Of a DNA stretch of 64,000 nt, positions 8,600 through 17,605 are shown one piece after another (the stretch's first letter is position 1; the number at the start of each line of letters is the position of its first letter). A program made the translations under genes and the position numbers. A model generated the notes under the pieces. That model searched no databases. It worked only from the letters and a program-made list of their open reading frames with translations, and was not told the origin of the DNA. The DNA comes from a phage. Where the stretch lies: sequence record PZ583742.1; one strand, written 5' to 3'.

Positions 8600-9145
8600 A
8601 TGAAAACGTTTTTAACCGGTAGTTACCTATCCCTGATGAATGCTTTTGCAAACCATTCTGATGCTAGAGTAGAACACATTTGTAATAGTGGGTTTTATGT
8701 ACCCGATTCACAAACCTTGTTTAAAGAATGCTGCACCTTAAAACTTGATGGTGGGCGCCAATCTGGTAAAACTAAAGCAGTATCCATTTTTGCTACGGAA
8801 TGGTTAGCTGATGGCGGCTCTATTGTTATTTTGTCTAATAACACGGCATATGCTAATGTTTCGGCTACTGCAATCCGAAAGGAATATTTTAATAACCACA
8901 CAGAAAGTATTAAGCACCGTTTGTACACTGATTCTGTTCGTAGTTTTATTGGTAACACTGCATGCAAATTCCGTGGATTATCACTTTCACGGGTTCTGTA
9001 TATAATTGATGAGCCTGTTAAAACACCTGATATGGATAAGATTTATGATGCCCACATAAAGGTTGTGCATTATTGCTGTCGTGCATCATGTGAAGAAACC
9101 AATCAAACCACACGTCCTCTGTTCTTTGTGATAGGAATGCAATGA
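8600..9145 (+). CDS. hypothetical protein with P-loop-like motif
   Basis: Walker A-like GGRQSGKT and Walker B-like VLYIIDE. Confidence 0.4.
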   Translation: MKTFLTGSYLSLMNAFANHSDARVEHICNSGFYVPDSQTLFKECCTLKLDGGRQSGKTKAVSIFATEWLADGGSIVILSNNTAYANVSATAIRKEYFNNHTESIKHRLYTDSVRSFIGNTACKFRGLSLSRVLYIIDEPVKTPDMDKIYDAHIKVVHYCCRASCEETNQTTRPLFFVIGMQ

Positions 9146-9438
9146 TGACTGATGAAGAACTTTTTGAGTTCTGTTATTTCTCACGTAAGGTCCGAAGAGA
9201 GGACCTTACTACAAATTTCGAATATGCTTATTTCTATCCATTAGAATATGTATTCATGACAGGGCCCTTTAAGGGCTCTCGTTTTAGATGTCATGCACCA
9301 AGCATCCGATTAATGAAACAGGTTCCTTACTTTACTCTGGAATTTATTTCTGGACCGTGTAAGGGTATTATCACTCGCAGTCTCTTAACTTATGACCAAG
9401 AGATTCATATGATTTCTGACTGGAAGAAATATGTCTAA
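9142..9438 (+). CDS. hypothetical protein
   Basis: ORF overlapping upstream stop in the denV-regB interval (T4 vs.3-vs.8 position). Confidence 0.4.
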   Translation: MMTDEELFEFCYFSRKVRREDLTTNFEYAYFYPLEYVFMTGPFKGSRFRCHAPSIRLMKQVPYFTLEFISGPCKGIITRSLLTYDQEIHMISDWKKYV

Positions 9439-9645
9439 ATTGACAATTGAGGGCTCTGATGAAGCTCTGAAGATGTTTGTTGACTGGTTCCACGAACAGG
9501 GCGAACAAGGCTTTATAGAATGTTGGGATGGTGGGCAATGGAACGGTAAAGAAATTGTTTATCCGAGCACATATATCTCTGTTCGTGGTGGATATGATGG
9601 CCTTCGTTTGGTAGAATATGATACTGCATCTGATGAGGAAGTAAA

Positions 9646-9649
<4 letters not shown>
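9431..9649 (+). CDS. hypothetical protein
   Basis: ORF with overlapping start/stop. Confidence 0.4.
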
Positions 9650-10229
<580 letters not shown>

Positions 10230-10285
10230 TGTACAAGCAGGTTGAAATGAGTTATGATTATCCCATCAAACAAAAGGAGATAATC

Positions 10286-10744
10286 ATGACTACTATCGAT
10301 TCAAGTGTTTACATTCGCCGCAATAAACTTCGTCGCATTTTTGAAACGGAGTTCCTCAAAATTAATAATGCTATCAACAAGGCTTGTAAAGAAGCAGGCC
10401 TTGAGGCATTCTTCATTAAGTACAGTCCGCACCTGTTGGACCGTGCAATCCAACGTGAAATTGATGAACAATATGTTTTTGACTTGTTTGGAAAAATCAC
10501 ACCACATGTAAAAGAAATCGTTGAATTCCTGGAGATGAAACCGCTCCCGGAAGTTGAAGCACAAATTGACCCGAATGTGAACTATCGTCCACTTCGTCTG
10601 GAAATCACAGACAAGAACCTATGGTTAGGAATGACAGTTAACCCAGCTCTTCCTGGGAAGTCTCCGACCATGTGTTGTCGTATGGCGTTTGTTAACTCTA
10701 ATCGTCTGGAAGGAAAAATTAGCACAAAAGTGATTTATATCTAA
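10286..10744 (+). CDS. regB: RegB endoribonuclease
   Basis: YIRRNKLRR.FE.EF..HLLDRAIQREIDE.YVF..RP.RLEITD.NLWLG matches T4 RegB; RBS AAAAGGAGA. Confidence 0.85.
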   Translation: MTTIDSSVYIRRNKLRRIFETEFLKINNAINKACKEAGLEAFFIKYSPHLLDRAIQREIDEQYVFDLFGKITPHVKEIVEFLEMKPLPEVEAQIDPNVNYRPLRLEITDKNLWLGMTVNPALPGKSPTMCCRMAFVNSNRLEGKISTKVIYI

Positions 10745-10754
10745 TGGGGAATTC

Positions 10755-11297
10755 ATGAAAAAAGTAATCGCCACCTTACTATTGACAGTTAGTATGTCTG
10801 CCCATAGCGTAGAGCCTACTTTCAGTAATGAACAAATGGGGAACCTCCAATATGCTTATGCGTTTGGAGAACAGTTCCAGAAAAATGGTAAGTACAAAGA
10901 AAATCCGCACCAACATAATGGTTTGGGATATATCATGGCTGGTTTAGCCTGGCAGGAAAGTTCTGCTGGGATTAATACTGGATTAAATAAAGATAAGCAT
11001 CATGCATATGGTATATTCCAAAATTATCTTCCAACCGTGCGCGAACGCGTGAAACAGGTTGGGTGGACAATGACAGATAAAGAAATAATCAAGATGATAA
11101 GCAAGAGAGAGAACAGCGCACGCTGGGCTTATATTGAGCTTTCATACTGGTTGAATATTCATAAGGGGGATATAAGGAAAACACTATCATCATATAACGC
11201 AGGGTGGAATGTGAAAGCTGGTAATACGTATGCTTCACAGGTCCTAGAAAAAGCTAACTACTTAAAATCACGAGGCCTATTAAAAACGGTGGATTAA
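10755..11297 (+). CDS. secreted lytic transglycosylase-like protein (vs.1-like)
   Basis: Signal peptide MKKVIATLLLTVSMSAHS; SLT-like motifs AWQESS and YGIFQ, YNAG; position next to regB as T4 vs.1. Confidence 0.7.
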   Translation: MKKVIATLLLTVSMSAHSVEPTFSNEQMGNLQYAYAFGEQFQKNGKYKENPHQHNGLGYIMAGLAWQESSAGINTGLNKDKHHAYGIFQNYLPTVRERVKQVGWTMTDKEIIKMISKRENSARWAYIELSYWLNIHKGDIRKTLSSYNAGWNVKAGNTYASQVLEKANYLKSRGLLKTVD

Positions 11298-11299
11298 AA

Positions 11300-11659
11300 A
11301 TGGTAAGAGTTATCACTTTAGCCATAGGGTTAGTATTCAGCATGGGAGGAATAGCTTCAGTACAGAGCGATGACAACAACAGCATCATAGAATATGCAAC
11401 GAGGACGGCTAAAGATTATTGCGCAGCAAGCAATGTGGATTGTGTAATCCAGTTCAGTGCCAAGCTCACCGCAGCCTATAAAGATGGCCAAAATGATGTT
11501 GAACATACGCTTTTGAAAAAGAATGTATTATCCAACAAATATGAAAAGAAATTATTTGAAATGGATTGCATTCTATCAAGTGCAAAATATAAGGCGGCCT
11601 GCACCAGTATGGTTGACAGGTTAGTGGATTCATATAATAGAGGATTGAACTCTAAATGA
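11300..11659 (+). CDS. secreted hypothetical protein
   Basis: N-terminal signal-like hydrophobic segment; ORF abuts upstream stop. Confidence 0.4.
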   Translation: MVRVITLAIGLVFSMGGIASVQSDDNNSIIEYATRTAKDYCAASNVDCVIQFSAKLTAAYKDGQNDVEHTLLKKNVLSNKYEKKLFEMDCILSSAKYKAACTSMVDRLVDSYNRGLNSK

Positions 11660-12129
11660 TTACCCAGTATATTAAGGGCGATATCGTCGCCCTCTTTCTT
11701 AGTGGTAAAAACATTGCACATGGTTGCAATTGCTTCCATACAATGGGTTCAGGCGTAGCTGGTCAGTTGGCGAAGGCTTATCCAAGGATTTTAGAAATAG
11801 ACAAAACCTCAACCGACTATGGTTACAGAGGAAAACTCGGTGATATGTCTATTGTTTTTAAACATAAACCTACTGGGTTTGGTATGTGCTATAATTTGTA
11901 CACCCAATATGAACCGGGCCCTAATCTTGATTATGGCGCTTTAGTAAATTGTATGATAGAATTAAATCTACAGGCAGAAATCCTTTTGTTTAAACCGGTA
12001 ATTTATATTCCTCGTATTGGTTGTGGTATTGCTGGCGGCGATTGGGATAAGGTTTCTAAATTAATCGACATGTTTACTCCTGATATTGATTTAATAGTGG
12101 TGGATTATGAGCCAAGCCCGAATTCTTAA
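11656..12129 (+). CDS. macro-domain protein (ADP-ribose binding/processing)
   Basis: Macro-domain-like N-terminal pattern IKGDIV..HGCNCFHTMGSGVAGQL and G-rich loop CGIAGGDW. Confidence 0.6.
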   Translation: MITQYIKGDIVALFLSGKNIAHGCNCFHTMGSGVAGQLAKAYPRILEIDKTSTDYGYRGKLGDMSIVFKHKPTGFGMCYNLYTQYEPGPNLDYGALVNCMIELNLQAEILLFKPVIYIPRIGCGIAGGDWDKVSKLIDMFTPDIDLIVVDYEPSPNS

Positions 12130-12313
12130 AACGGCCAAATGTGAAAAATGTGAATGGCCAGTAATCGCAGCTTTATGCAATGATGAAATGAATTGCGAAT
12201 ATGATTACTGGTGGTACTGTTCTAATAAAGGATGTTCTAATCATAAGGGTGAAGGTTTTCATTCTGGTTATTGCGAACATCCTAAATTTGTGCGATATGG
12301 TGAACCGAAATGA
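12107..12313 (+). CDS. Cys-rich small protein
   Basis: Multiple CxxC-like pairs (CEKCEW, CSNKGC, CEH). Confidence 0.4.
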   Translation: MSQARILKTAKCEKCEWPVIAALCNDEMNCEYDYWWYCSNKGCSNHKGEGFHSGYCEHPKFVRYGEPK

Positions 12314-12495
12314 GTTTAAGCATTAGTCAGAAAAGTAGATTATTTGAGCTTATCCATGAGCTTTTGGATGAGCATACGGAAGCAAACGCCTTTTATGATG
12401 AATATGGTCCGATAGATGCCGAACATCAGGAAGAATTTGCTAATCGATTTGATGCGAAAGAAAACGAATTAATAGCTTATGTGAATACGCTTTAA
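12310..12495 (+). CDS. hypothetical protein
   Basis: ORF overlapping upstream stop. Confidence 0.4.
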   Translation: MSLSISQKSRLFELIHELLDEHTEANAFYDEYGPIDAEHQEEFANRFDAKENELIAYVNTL

Positions 12496-12504
12496 GAAGG
12501 TGAT

Positions 12505-13077
12505 ATGGCGAGTTTAATTTATCATTACGCAGCAATGAATGCAGGCAAAACAGCTTCATTGCTGACTGCAGCTTATTCCTATAAAGAGCGTGGAATGAGT
12601 GTGCTTTTGCTAAAACCTGTTATTGATAATCGGGACTCGGAATCTGAAATCAAATCACGTATTGGTATTAGCCAGGAAGCAAACCTGGTAACGGCCGACA
12701 TGAACCTGTTTGAATTCTATAAATGGGCCGAGTCTCAAAAGGATATCCATTGTGTCCTGGTCGATGAAGCTCAATTTTTGTTACCAGAGCAAATTGACCA
12801 GTTAGCTCAAGTGGTTGATAATTACAATATCCCCGTTATGTGTTACGGGTTAAGAACAGATTTTCGGGGTCAATTATTTCCCGGTTCAGCCAGACTTCTG
12901 GCTATTTCGGATAAACTGGTTGAATTAAAGGGCGTCTGTCATTGCGGCCGGAAAGCAACCATGACCGCGCGAGTAATCGACGGTGCTGCTGTAAAGGACG
13001 GCGAGCAAGTGTTAGTCGGTGGGAATGAATCGTACGTATCTTTATGCAGGAAACATTGGCTCGAATTAACAAGCTGA
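12505..13077 (+). CDS. tk: thymidine kinase
   Basis: P-loop NAGKTASLL, VDEAQF, C-terminal zinc motif CHCGRKA..C; typical TK1-family layout. Confidence 0.9.
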   Translation: MASLIYHYAAMNAGKTASLLTAAYSYKERGMSVLLLKPVIDNRDSESEIKSRIGISQEANLVTADMNLFEFYKWAESQKDIHCVLVDEAQFLLPEQIDQLAQVVDNYNIPVMCYGLRTDFRGQLFPGSARLLAISDKLVELKGVCHCGRKATMTARVIDGAAVKDGEQVLVGGNESYVSLCRKHWLELTS

Positions 13078-13084
13078 GGTTCGC

Positions 13085-13360
13085 ATGATATACAAGGTTT
13101 GGACGTATATCTCTATTTTTGTTATTGCTGGGATTGCATTTATCCCCACACAAACAGATAGCGAGAGATATGAAAGGGAAATTGAAATAGTAGCAAGTAC
13201 GTACCATTCTGTTAATAAAGAATGCCCGAATAAAAATGGAATAAATTTACAAAAATCACATTATATGCTGACTGTTACTAGTCCAGTGCAAAGAATATGG
13301 GTTGATAGACATTTTTCTGATTTATTTGCAATGTATTGTTTCAAATTTAAAAGATTATAA
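13085..13360 (+). CDS. small membrane protein
   Basis: N-terminal TM segment ISIFVIAGIAFIP. Confidence 0.4.
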   Translation: MIYKVWTYISIFVIAGIAFIPTQTDSERYEREIEIVASTYHSVNKECPNKNGINLQKSHYMLTVTSPVQRIWVDRHFSDLFAMYCFKFKRL

Positions 13361-13363
13361 ATA
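13356..13363 (+). promoter_or_regulatory. T4-type late promoter TATAAATA upstream of rI
   Basis: Exact TATAAATA 72 nt upstream of rI ATG. Confidence 0.55.
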
Positions 13364-13434
13364 CAGTTACTAACTAGTATTCCGCTATGTTAAGGCTGCA
13401 AAGCGTAATCATGACCAACAATAAGGAGTCCTTT

Positions 13435-13728
13435 ATGGACCTTATTCGAGGACTTTCTCTAAGTCTATTACTAATGGGCTGTTTAGGCCCAAATATGTCC
13501 TCTGCTACAGATGGTAAATTTACCCAGTATGCAGATAGTGCGATGCAAATCTATTCGCAATTCAAAGAACCCAGCGTCGAGCAGTCCGAACAATTTTGGG
13601 CTTTTATTAAAACTGAATGGAACAATAAGAGTCAATGTGTAAATGAAATCACATGTCAAATTGATGGCCGTGCTGCTGCAGTCGAATACGCTAAATTAAT
13701 GAAGGTAAAATTGGAAGATGAAATTTGA
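13435..13728 (+). CDS. rI: lysis-inhibition regulator RI (antiholin)
   Basis: 97 aa; C-terminal half SVEQSEQFWAFIKTEW..C..AVEYAKLMKVKLEDE resembles T4 RI; exact late promoter TATAAATA at 13356-13363; RBS AAGGAG. Confidence 0.7.
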   Translation: MDLIRGLSLSLLLMGCLGPNMSSATDGKFTQYADSAMQIYSQFKEPSVEQSEQFWAFIKTEWNNKSQCVNEITCQIDGRAAAVEYAKLMKVKLEDEI

Positions 13729-14101
13729 TGATTTCGTAACGGGTCGTGGGTCTGAGGTGGATTCATATATTGGGTGGTTGTTAGTCTCTTTGGCTTATTT
13801 TAAATCCGCCCATCTTGAAACCAAAAGTTACGCCCGCCATAAAGCTTATGATTTCTACTTCACAGAAATCCAAGGTCCACTCGACCAGTTCAGTGAGCAA
13901 TGGTTAGGTTACAGCGGGAAACAATACAAAGCTGCATTACCGTCCGCCTCGGACTTGCCGAAAGATACAATTTTGTTTTTAGATGAAATGATTAAAAGCT
14001 CGGAAAGAGTCTATAAAGTTGTACCTAAGGCTATTCAATCGACTCTGGACGATATCGTTGGAGTTTTCTTTCAGACTAAGTATCTGTTAACACTAGAGTA
14101 A
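13718..14101 (+). CDS. hypothetical protein
   Basis: ORF overlapping rI stop; followed by terminator hairpin. Confidence 0.45.
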   Translation: MKFDDFVTGRGSEVDSYIGWLLVSLAYFKSAHLETKSYARHKAYDFYFTEIQGPLDQFSEQWLGYSGKQYKAALPSASDLPKDTILFLDEMIKSSERVYKVVPKAIQSTLDDIVGVFFQTKYLLTLE

Positions 14102-14107
14102 TTCAAA

Positions 14108-14134
14108 AGGTCTGCCTTCGGGTGGACCTTTTTT
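14108..14134 (+). terminator. rho-independent terminator (UUCG tetraloop hairpin plus T-run)
   Basis: aggtctgcc-ttcg-ggtggacct followed by TTTTTT. Confidence 0.6.
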
Positions 14135-14135
14135 C

Positions 14136-14205
14136 ATTTAGGGGGTTTACATCCTTATAAAAAGGGTGTACTATTATCCCATCAACTACTGAGGAGAATA
14201 CAATG
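14136..14205 (+). repeat. promoter plus RBS-hairpin cassette, copy 1 (PeSL-like)
   Basis: catttagggggtttacatccttataaaaagggtgtactattatcccatcaactactgaggagaatacaatg; about 85% identical to 47341-47412. Confidence 0.6.
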
Positions 14206-14406
14206 AGAATTAAAAATATCAAGATTGATGCAGTTAATACTGGTGATGAGGTTGTTATCTATCTTAATGATTATGCAATCTTTATGGACAGTGCCACTGA
14301 TGAAGAAGTGGTTGAACTCTTGCAGAAAGCTCCATTTGAACTGTGCGAAGAAGATGCTACTCATCTTTCATCAGCAATTTTCTCATTATCATATGTGGTG
14401 GAATAA
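14203..14406 (+). CDS. hypothetical protein
   Basis: First gene after terminator/promoter/RBS cassette; RBS GAGGAGAA. Confidence 0.45.
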   Translation: MRIKNIKIDAVNTGDEVVIYLNDYAIFMDSATDEEVVELLQKAPFELCEEDATHLSSAIFSLSYVVE

Positions 14407-14600
14407 TGATTACTTTAGAACAAGCAAAGAGAATCTCTGCATTAGTTGCAGCAATTCGTGAAGCAGATGATGAAATGGCAGCTTATGCTTGGGCAGCCCC
14501 ATCTGTATCTGGCGGTAAAGAATTAGAAGCAAAAGTTGGCAATGCTCTGGAAGCATTGGATATGTTCCTTGACGAAATTATTGATTACAGGACTGCATAA
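14406..14600 (+). CDS. hypothetical protein
   Basis: ATG overlaps upstream stop (TAATG). Confidence 0.4.
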   Translation: MITLEQAKRISALVAAIREADDEMAAYAWAAPSVSGGKELEAKVGNALEALDMFLDEIIDYRTA

Positions 14601-14782
14601 TGTTAACTACTGAACAGATTGAGAAAATTATCAAACTCGCTTGGCACATTGAAAATGCATCCAATGACCTGGCTGTTGAATATTGTGAAGGTTATTCATA
14701 TTCTGGAATAGAACAGTGTAAGCGTGATTTGAATAGTTCTAAAGAAGAATTAATTGCTTATCTGAATGGGTTGAAAGAATAA
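14600..14782 (+). CDS. hypothetical protein
   Basis: ATG overlaps upstream stop. Confidence 0.4.
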   Translation: MLTTEQIEKIIKLAWHIENASNDLAVEYCEGYSYSGIEQCKRDLNSSKEELIAYLNGLKE

Positions 14783-15039
14783 TGGCTGTTGGATTTGCAA
14801 AAGATGGTGCTGAACAGTTAGAGATGGAAGCGGTTGTACAGGCCGCTATCACCCATGCGAGAGCACAGGTTGCAGTTGAAAGGGAGTCTGCTGAATTCTG
14901 TTTTGACTGCGACGAAAAAATTCCTGAAGCGCGGAGACAAGCGATTAAAGGTGTGATATATTGTGTTGGTTGTCAATCAATGCATGATGAAATTTTTAAA
15001 CGTGAACCAAGAAATTGTTGGCACAGGAGCATGAGATGA
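14782..15039 (+). CDS. DksA/TraR-type C4 zinc-finger protein
   Basis: CFDCDEKIPEARRQAIKGVIYCVGCQ: CxxC-x17-CxxC with IPxxR, characteristic of TraR/DksA family. Confidence 0.5.
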   Translation: MAVGFAKDGAEQLEMEAVVQAAITHARAQVAVERESAEFCFDCDEKIPEARRQAIKGVIYCVGCQSMHDEIFKREPRNCWHRSMR

Positions 15040-15130
15040 TTTATTACTTAGAACCCTGGGCTTGGTCGACAATGATTATAGGTCCTATTTTAATCGGTTT
15101 ATTCTTTTCGTGGTTAGTGAGGAAAATGTA

Positions 15131-15346
15131 ATGTTATATGACCCAAGCGGCAATTCTGAAAATGGTGTGATTGTTCTGGAGCCTGAGCATCCAGTTGGTG
15201 ACGTATACCGCCCAGTTGAAGTATGCGAATGTAATTTTGTTAAAGGTAATACCGGTGGGATTTCCATTGAGCAAGATGATGATGTTATTTACCTGGATGC
15301 AAGCCAAGTAGAAGCACTTTATAGTATTTTAAAACATAACCGTTGA
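15131..15346 (+). CDS. hypothetical protein
   Basis: ATG 15131 after GAGGAAAA. Confidence 0.4.
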   Translation: MLYDPSGNSENGVIVLEPEHPVGDVYRPVEVCECNFVKGNTGGISIEQDDDVIYLDASQVEALYSILKHNR

Positions 15347-15356
15347 GGAACAGAAA

Positions 15357-15917
15357 ATGATTATTGAAACAACTGAATTGTTTGGCGAACTGACCGCTGA
15401 AGTAGTTAATAATGCAATTGAGCTTTGTCAAGAAGACGATAAAATCGTACTGACTATCCAAGATATTAAACCACTTTATGATTTAAAGGTTTTGGATAAA
15501 GACGAATATCTTAGTGGTAGTTTTAGTGGTGTATTTGATATTAACGATGATGTATGTGCTCGCATTTATAAGCACGATGGTGGGTTTAATATTGAAACAG
15601 ATGAAAAATGTCTGAGCATTAGCGATTCTGATAAATTCTTTGATTGTATTTTCAAACTGTTCCAGGAAGAATGTAAGCCAGAAGTTGAATGGAAAGTCCC
15701 AGGTCAAGATGCAGTGATTCGCTCTAGTGAAACCTTTGACGGTGACGAAGAGGAATTGAATTATAATACTGAACTGACTGTTGTTCAGCATGATGGTCGT
15801 GACCAACTATGTATTACCCAAGTACACGATGGTTTTAATGAAGTGGTATTTACTAAGGACGAGCTAAAAGTTTTAGTCTCTTATCTGAACTCTGTTATCC
15901 CAACTATGAACTCTTAA
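15357..15917 (+). CDS. acidic hypothetical protein
   Basis: 186 aa ORF with RBS GAGGAA. Confidence 0.45.
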   Translation: MIIETTELFGELTAEVVNNAIELCQEDDKIVLTIQDIKPLYDLKVLDKDEYLSGSFSGVFDINDDVCARIYKHDGGFNIETDEKCLSISDSDKFFDCIFKLFQEECKPEVEWKVPGQDAVIRSSETFDGDEEELNYNTELTVVQHDGRDQLCITQVHDGFNEVVFTKDELKVLVSYLNSVIPTMNS

Positions 15918-15927
15918 GGAAAATATT

Positions 15928-16380
15928 ATGATTATCAATGCAAACTCTTGGCACGTTAAATTACACGACCGTTTTTATGACCGTCATTCTCGACCACACT
16001 CTTTGTGTGCTTACTTCTGGAAAATGGTTTGGGCTTGTTTTGCTTGTGCTGTTGTTGCAGGTAGTATGCTTTTTGGATTAACTGTTGCAGGAGCTGGTGT
16101 ATTAGAGCATTTCTTTGTATTAAGTACTCCTGTTCTGTTGAGTCTAGGGTTTGTTTTAGGGTTGATTGCAATAGCTCTTATTATTGCGCTATCCATTGGT
16201 TTGGCATTAGGTGCGATGAATTTGCACGCATGGTATGATTTACGTAAAGAAGAAAAGGAATGGCAACGTATTCTAGCCAAACGTGAAGGAAAGGAAACTA
16301 AAGAAAACATCGTTATTCAATACATTAAAGCTCGTAAATCTAAGATGTGTCCTGTAATCCACTTCGAGGGCAAAAAATGA
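15928..16380 (+). CDS. membrane protein (2-3 TM helices, charged C-terminal tail)
   Basis: Hydrophobic segments ACFACAVVAGSMLFGLTVAGAGVL and LSLGFVLGLIAIALIIALSIGLALGA; stop overlaps start of downstream nucleotidyltransferase (ATGA). Confidence 0.5.
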   Translation: MIINANSWHVKLHDRFYDRHSRPHSLCAYFWKMVWACFACAVVAGSMLFGLTVAGAGVLEHFFVLSTPVLLSLGFVLGLIAIALIIALSIGLALGAMNLHAWYDLRKEEKEWQRILAKREGKETKENIVIQYIKARKSKMCPVIHFEGKK

Positions 16381-17387
16381 GAACAGTTATGAAAGGCTAC
16401 TTCGGTAGCCATCTTTATGGAACAAGCACTCCGGAATCTGATGTTGATTTTAAAGAAATCTTTGTTCCTCATCCGCGAGATATCCTGCTCGGAACCGCGA
16501 TGAACCATACAAACCTGAACACGAATAACACGGCTACCAAAAATACAAAAGACGATATTGACCATGAACTTTATAGCCTGAAATATTTCTTTAAACTGGC
16601 AGCCGAAGGCGAAACCGTTGCTCTGGACATGATTCACACCCCGGCTAACCTGGTTGTCAAATCCGATTTACCAGATGTATGGAAGTTTATTCAAGACAAC
16701 CGTTCGCGGTTCTATACAACTAACATGAAAGCCTATTTGGGGTACGTCCGTAAGCAAGCTTCCAAATATGGTGTTAAAGGTTCTCGATTGGCTGCACTGC
16801 GTGGTGTACTGGCAATTGTTAACCAGATTCCTGAACAGTGGGTCGATTATCAAGAAGGAATCCCTGATAGACTTCGTCGTACTAAGGTAGAAGATATCAA
16901 ACACAGACTCCCTGAAAACGAGTTCTGTGAATGGGTATTCCATAACCATGAGAAAACAGGTCCACAAACGTTCTATACTGTTCTCGGACGTAAGTACCAA
17001 ACTACTCTGTCATTAATCGAGCTCAAGCAATCTCTGAATAAACTCGACGCCGAATATGGTGAACGTGCTCGTAAAGCAGAAGCTAACGAAGGTATTGATT
17101 GGAAAGCACTGAGCCATGCTTATCGTGCAGGGTATCAATTGATGGAAATCTACCAAACAGGTGACTTGGTATTCCCATTGCGTGAAGCCTCTATCATTAA
17201 GCTGATTAAAGCTGGTGAATTACCATTTAAAGAAGTTCAAGAACTTCTTGAAGATACTGTCGATTTAGTTGAAGTTCTGGCCATCCAGGCTGCTAAGAAT
17301 GGTATGCCTGATAAGGTAGACATGAAGTTCTGGGACAAGTTTGTTGAAGAGGTATACCTTGACAACCACAATTCCTATTATCGTTAA
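16377..17387 (+). CDS. putative nucleotidyltransferase (Pol-beta superfamily fold)
   Basis: N-terminal GS-x10-DVD signature (GYFGSHLYGTSTPESDVDF) plus downstream DDIDHE; 336 aa. Confidence 0.5.
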   Translation: MRTVMKGYFGSHLYGTSTPESDVDFKEIFVPHPRDILLGTAMNHTNLNTNNTATKNTKDDIDHELYSLKYFFKLAAEGETVALDMIHTPANLVVKSDLPDVWKFIQDNRSRFYTTNMKAYLGYVRKQASKYGVKGSRLAALRGVLAIVNQIPEQWVDYQEGIPDRLRRTKVEDIKHRLPENEFCEWVFHNHEKTGPQTFYTVLGRKYQTTLSLIELKQSLNKLDAEYGERARKAEANEGIDWKALSHAYRAGYQLMEIYQTGDLVFPLREASIIKLIKAGELPFKEVQELLEDTVDLVEVLAIQAAKNGMPDKVDMKFWDKFVEEVYLDNHNSYYR

Positions 17388-17394
17388 TGAAGAA

Positions 17395-17583
17395 ATGAAG
17401 GTCTTCTTATCATACGGAAGACCTAATAAAGGTCGGCGCTGGTATCTCGAAGCAGTCTGTCGGGAAACTGGCAGACGAATCAACAATAAGTACATATGTA
17501 AACCAACTCCCAAACAAACTCGCAGGTTTGTTAACTGGGCTATCAATACTATAAGATTCCATAATTTTTGGAGTGCAATCTAA
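17395..17583 (+). CDS. small basic protein
   Basis: 62 aa ORF rich in R/K; followed by terminator. Confidence 0.35.
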   Translation: MKVFLSYGRPNKGRRWYLEAVCRETGRRINNKYICKPTPKQTRRFVNWAINTIRFHNFWSAI

Positions 17584-17603
17584 GGGCCGGATGGCCCTTT
17601 TTT
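17584..17603 (+). terminator. rho-independent terminator between convergent + genes and minus-strand collagen-like gene
   Basis: gggcc-ggat-ggccc followed by TTTTTT. Confidence 0.6.
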
Positions 17604-17605
17604 GT

